From Octopus vulgaris (lineage: Eukaryota), in contig OX597822.1 of NCBI GenBank assembly GCA_951406725.2, forward strand, positions 115,878,001 through 115,942,000: a DNA stretch of 64,000 bases, given 5' to 3'. The translations under genes and the position numbers were made by a program. How positions within the stretch are numbered: the stretch's first letter is position 1; every line of letters starts with the position of its first letter. Of this stretch, positions 58,600 to 64,000 are shown piece by piece. The notes beneath the pieces are model-generated. The model worked only from the letters and a program-made list of their open reading frames with translations. It made no database searches and was not told where the DNA came from.

Positions 58600-60455
58600 G
58601 CAAACATCTTGAGAAAAGGAAAAAAAAAACGTCCCTAGAAAAACAAAATGGTTACAGCAGATCTCATGTAATTGTAAAGATCAATTACTGGTTAACAGTG
58701 TCATAATTAAAATCTGCAGAAAGAGAAATAAGGGCCTAAACATGAAGTCAGATTAACTTTCCAAAAGGCTTTAATAGTGTTAGTCACACAAGGATACTTG
58801 AAACATTAGCAATAATAAACAGATGCATTAAACATGTTGTGAGAAACGGTAAACAATCTGCCAATACAAATCACAGAGGGAAATACAAAGATTAATTCAC
58901 TCTCTATTAGAAGAATATTCCAGGAGCACCTCATCGCCACACTTTTTAGCTGCTAAGACTTTTAACTAACATGTTAAACAAGACTGGACCCAGATATAAA
59001 TAATATGGTTGAACAATTTACCACCTTTTGTATATGGATAACTTTGAACTGTATGCATTAACAAACAATTAGTAACACTGCTGCACATAGTACATGGATA
59101 TCAAAAATTCAGATTAAGACCTGCATAATAGCAACTTTGAAGAGAGAAGAAAATTAAGAATATCTAATAAGAATTTATTTTGTTCAATATCTAAGAAACA
59201 GAGATAAGAGTAACACAACAAAACACAAACACACACAAACACACACTTAGAAACAGGTGAAGTGGACAGTGTACAACACACAAATGAGGAGAAAAAAGAT
59301 TAGGAAGAAATATAATGGATTAAAAACATAGCTAAATACAAGAATGTAAGGTAATAGGTATCGATACTCTAGCTGACCCAGTCATAAGGTACATCCATAA
59401 TATTCTCAGTTGGATGTTAGATAAATTTGCAAGAAAAGCAAAAAAAATATTGACTGCACTTAGAACACACCATATAGAATCTCAAAATAGAAAGAATCTA
59501 TTTACCATGAATACAGAAAATTACAAAATAACAACAGCTAAACTATATAAATATTTAATAAAGAATAATGGGAAGCTGATATAAATAGCTACCAAATAGA
59601 CACAAAATAAAAACTGTTTTCTGACTTTAAGGAAGCCAACAAGTACATAACAGGGGCTGAATTGACTACCCTAAATAAAGAAAAGGAGAAATAACAGAAG
59701 TTGTGGAAAAGTAAAAACTAAGCCAAAAATATGGGTACAGAATGTTATGCTGGGGTGATGTCAAGAATAGCCCTTACATAGCAATATCTGCCCCAAAAAA
59801 ACGTTTTTCAAGAAACTGAACAAGGTGGAAGGAGACGAATTTACAGTTTCAAGTCTGTGTTCGTCATTACTGCACACTGCATGCATCTGAAGGATTCAGA
59901 ATAGTTTCAAAATGTCAACTCTCAGAAGCAGTACATGTTTGGCATGAAGTATCTATGCTATTTTAATGGACACGATAAGTGTGTGCAGAAGATTAAGGGA
60001 GAAGAGAGGGTTGTATGATTTGGATAGAGGTGAGTGGTTAGACTAAAAATAGGTCAAATAAGTACAGAAGGAAGAGCCATGAAAACACGAGAGATTCTTT
60101 ATAGCAGCACAAGAAGGAAGCCTTCCTACAAGAAACCACCAAAAGCTAAATACATTAGGCAATGGCAGCATAGAGAATATATTAGGTAACTGCATCATAT
60201 GTGCAAATTGGGAAGATAAAGTTAACCACATTGTCACTGAGTACCTAGACTTATCCACGAAAAAATAAATCTTCAGGCATGACAAAATTAGGGCTCTTGT
60301 ATGATGGAAATTTTACCAGCATTTCGAAATACCAAAAGAAAAGTGATAATATAAGGCATACTTCAGAATGATAAGGTAACATTTGATAAGGTAAAATATT
60401 ATGGAATATTCTAATCCACAGAGGAAGGAAAATCAATATTAAGGGACCTGATTAA
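58600..60455 (+). pseudogene. Decayed R4/Dong-clade LINE (RT, zinc knuckle, restriction-like endonuclease start)
   Basis: In order: CKDQLLVN (58673), AFNSVSHTRILETL, IRRIFQ, IYHLLYMDNFELYA (~59017-59058; cf. HLLYMDDLKLY), FARKAKKILTALRTHH, FIAAQEGSLPTRN..CIIC..VNHIVT..RHDKI (60090-60290) and ILWNILI..GPD. Stops and frameshifts occur throughout, and it is interrupted at ~59830-60085. Confidence 0.85.
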
Positions 60456-62649
60456 ATGGACCATTAAGATGATATGGATGATTGATCAGAGAATATCAAT
60501 GGTTTAAGGTGAAATTAATGATCTCAGCTGACTGCTTGAAGTCGGATGTTGGAAGTCATGTTCTCAACATCTGCTGCTTAGACACTCTTCTATCAATGGT
60601 ATAACAGTGGTGAGTAAAATTAAAAGTTGGAATAAAAATCCAAGATCTCAGAAAGATCTTGCAACCAGCTTCTTCGAAAGCGCTTGTGTTTGAGAATCTT
60701 CTTTAAAAAGTGATGATCAATTATGTAAGCTATTATATTAAACAAAAACACTGATGGAAATTTAAAACATTGTTTACCAAAAATTAGGACATATTTGGTG
60801 TTTTATCTTAATATATATTGATGTAACTTATATCACATAATACAGGAAGTGAAAATATAAAAATGAAAATAACAATACTTGAAATTACACACCTTTATAT
60901 AAATAAAAGGAAGGGACAAGCATCTGGAAAGCTTATTGATCTGGCTGGATCATCTTGGATCACATCATCAGTACAACCTGTTTCTCATGCTGCTAGCACT
61001 GTCATGTCTTTGACTATGGTAATCCTTCCCATCTGAACTTTCTTTGCGAAGATTATACATACATATAAGATTGTGTGTGTGTGTGTGTGTGTGTGCACGC
61101 GCACATATTTATTCATGTACAAGTTGCGTTATTTTATACTTGATTTTAACTGAAAAACCTGAGGTGTGGCTTATACGTGGGGCAAAGCTGATATCAAATT
61201 TGAATATGAAGGGAAAAGAATTTTGTACTTATACACAAGTATGTATGTATATATATATATATATATACACACACATCTTGGTATGTGGGTTTTTCTTCTG
61301 AACTGGTTAACCATACTTATACACATGCCATTAGATGAAGTACATGGAAGGATGATTGGTCCATGGAATCCCTCCAAATACACATCACTGGGAATTTATA
61401 AACCAATATTATATTAATGTATATTAGTATGTTATTTAATGTTGCTATTAATATAAACCAGCAATTCTTTCATACAGTCTTTAATTTAAGTAATGAGGAA
61501 AAATCTTAATACAAAGCAAAAAAAAAAAAAAAAAAAACTGCAAAAGTTGGAGCCTGTTGTCTCCCATAATCTTCATTCTTCTTTCTCTCTCTCTCTCTCT
61601 CGCTCTCTCTCTGTCTGTCTATCTATCTATCTAGCTATCTCTTTTGTTGTGTCTCTTGTTCCAAACACTCTCTATTCCACTACGTTACAGAGAAGCAGAA
61701 GTGAGAAAGGCAGAAAAGTTAGAGATACTAGTGGACAAAGAAAGACAGAGAGTATGATGCCATACAAATGTACTGCTACTGTCATCACCATAGCTCTCTT
61801 CCTTCTTTCTCTACTTCTTTCTTGATGTTTGAGTCTCATTCTCCATTTCTATACTATTATACTGGAGAGAGAGAGAGGGAGAGAGAAAATGGTAACTACT
61901 CCGTTTCCTCTGTGTTTCTACATCTATATTTTTGACAAATAGTGGTGGATTGGGGATATTTTGGCACCAGTGATTTGATGCTACTGATGTTAGTTCAGAA
62001 CTCATTTGACACTGGGATGTTTTGCCACTGAGAAAATCTCATTTTATTCAACACAAGAAACTGAGTTTTACTCAGTGAGCATGACCCACAAAAGCTGAAT
62101 GAAAAACTGAATAAAGTAAGGCTTATCACTATATTAACATAAATAACCTTTACTTTTATCAACAATAATAACCTTTCAATGTGTATTTATAATCAATTGG
62201 AATATGTGATGAGAAGGGAGATAACTGATAACGCCATATTATTTCATTTTCATTTCAATACATCTTAATCTCTCTCCACACGTGTGTGTGTGTGTGTGTG
62301 TGTGCATGCATGTATGCCCACATCTGCCTTTTGTGCCAAATTGTACACTACCAAATCTTTCAATGACAAAAGTACTGTACCAAAATGACTGCAGTCACTT
62401 TTCCACTCCAAGTGAAGGATGCAGTCATCATCATCATCATCATCACCATCATTTAACATCTGCCATCCAAGCTGGCATGGGTGGCAGTAAGAGGACGGTT
62501 TGTGAGCTACTTCTCAAAATCAGTATAACAAAACCTTCTCCGTAAGAGAGCGAATAATTTAATGGCTCAGTGGGTGTTTATTTGGACAGACAGACACAGA
62601 CAATTCAAATGACTGATGGATAGACTGGAAGAAAGGCTGACAGAGACTT

Positions 62650-62985
62650 GTGCCAGTCATTGGATTGCGGCCATGCTGGGGCAATGCCTCGCTAAGTCAT
62701 GAGGATATAAACAAGTCAACATCAGTTGTCAAGCAGTGGGGGGGGGGGGGACAAACACAGACACAACAACACGTACACATGCACAACAGACTTCTTTCAG
62801 TTTCTATCAGACAAAGACACACACATAGACTTCTTTCAGTTTCTGTCCACCAAATCCACTAACAAGGCTTTCAGTGGCTCTATACTATAGTAGAAGACAC
62901 TTACTTCCCCAAGGTGCCACACAGTGGGACTGAACTTGGAACTATGTGGTTGCAAACTTCTTAACACACAGCCATGCCTGCACCT
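62650..62985 (-). mobile_element. SINE family A with internal short duplication
   Basis: Family A reverse copy in which agacttctttcagtttct occurs twice (~62788, ~62827). Confidence 0.75.
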
Positions 62986-63612
62986 ATGATCTCAGAAATT
63001 AATTTTTAAAAACCTGCAAGTAATTTTGGATTTTAGCACAGTGAACTTCTACTCTACTTGTTTGATTAGCAAAAAAAGTCTGTTCACAAGAAATCTGTTA
63101 GAAATGGTAGTGAAATCGGTTGTTCCTTAACTGAAAAGAAATTTATTTGGAATTTTGGAAGATATCAAGATGACAAAGAAGAAACTCTTTTAATTTTCAC
63201 TGTGGAACAACAAAGGAGTTTAGAAAAAGCTAAACAGAGAATGCATACTAAATTCTCCATGTTAATCATTCTTCAATGCATATTTCAGATCTAATACACA
63301 GGAAATGATTCTATAATATATTCTAAAGAGGCAGCACTCAGAAAATATTTGCAAGAGAGCAGCAGGGGTGGGTTGGGTGGAGAGCAGGGGAGCTGGGTAG
63401 TACACAGCTGTTGATCTAGCCTTTGACCCAGTTGAAATATGTCAGTCAAGTAGCTTTCCAAAAATTAAGAATTCCAGCTAGCAACCAAATATGTAGTGGT
63501 TTCAAAATACTTTCCTAACACCTCTTGCGTTTTGCTGCCGCTGCTGCTGCTGCTGCTATTGTAATATTTACTAATATTTTGCAAGAGGAGACAAAGAAGG
63601 AAAGCAACATAG

Positions 63613-63614
<2 letters not shown>

Positions 63615-63656
<42 letters not shown>

Positions 63657-64000
63657 CTGAAGTTGTCTGTATATGGCAGGTTTGGTAGCCTTCAACTAAC
63701 ACTATCTCTTCCGAGACCCTGCGGCGCAAGTTGACCAAAATTGAAAGTATGATAGAAGAAGGCTTGCTCTTCCTTCCGTAGAAGAAAAAAATTCAAATCG
63801 GACTATGCTAACACCAAAAATTATTTACATCAAAAAGGTGGGGTTTTTTTTCTATGAAAATCCCTATTTATTACGATTTTTTTACTGCTGTGTTGCCATT
63901 TTTCGGTGTATTTCAACCAGAAAAAATGTTCACTTAAAGAGAATAACAAGCTACATAATGCAAAATTTTTACTTTTCAAAAATTCCAATTCTAAAGGGTT
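63615..64000 (+). mobile_element. Probable 5' end of a young non-autonomous Helitron-like element (truncated by window edge)
   Basis: The start (TA)n-ataaagctgaagttgtctgt is followed by CpG-retaining sequence inside an otherwise CpG-poor region, and resembles Helitron 5' ends. The 3' hairpin/CTAG is not in the window. Confidence 0.4.

Overview
This is AT-rich, repeat-saturated eukaryotic DNA. The SINE families and the very high microsatellite density look like an octopus (coleoid cephalopod) genome, which is recognition from memory and not a database result. I can support no intact protein-coding gene: nearly all listed ORFs are microsatellite or repeat read-throughs. The window holds dozens of SINE copies from about five families and decayed LINE fragments (R4/Dong, RTE, HERO/NeSL-like, possibly R2-like and CR1-like). 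It also holds a decayed Merlin (IS1595-like) transposase, hAT-type MITEs with 8-bp target site duplications (TSDs), a probable Helitron end, and a ~1.9-kb duplication with signs of an assembly artefact. The best candidate for an undescribed system is a small non-autonomous element seen twice (494-767, 57290-57619). It has 12-bp TSDs, Penelope-type inverted architecture with a 3' extension and a minimal hammerhead-ribozyme core, and one copy adds a tRNA-derived Pol III head. CpG content appears to switch at ~24 kb and ~55.6 kb, suggesting two divergent methylated gene bodies flanking an unmethylated middle.
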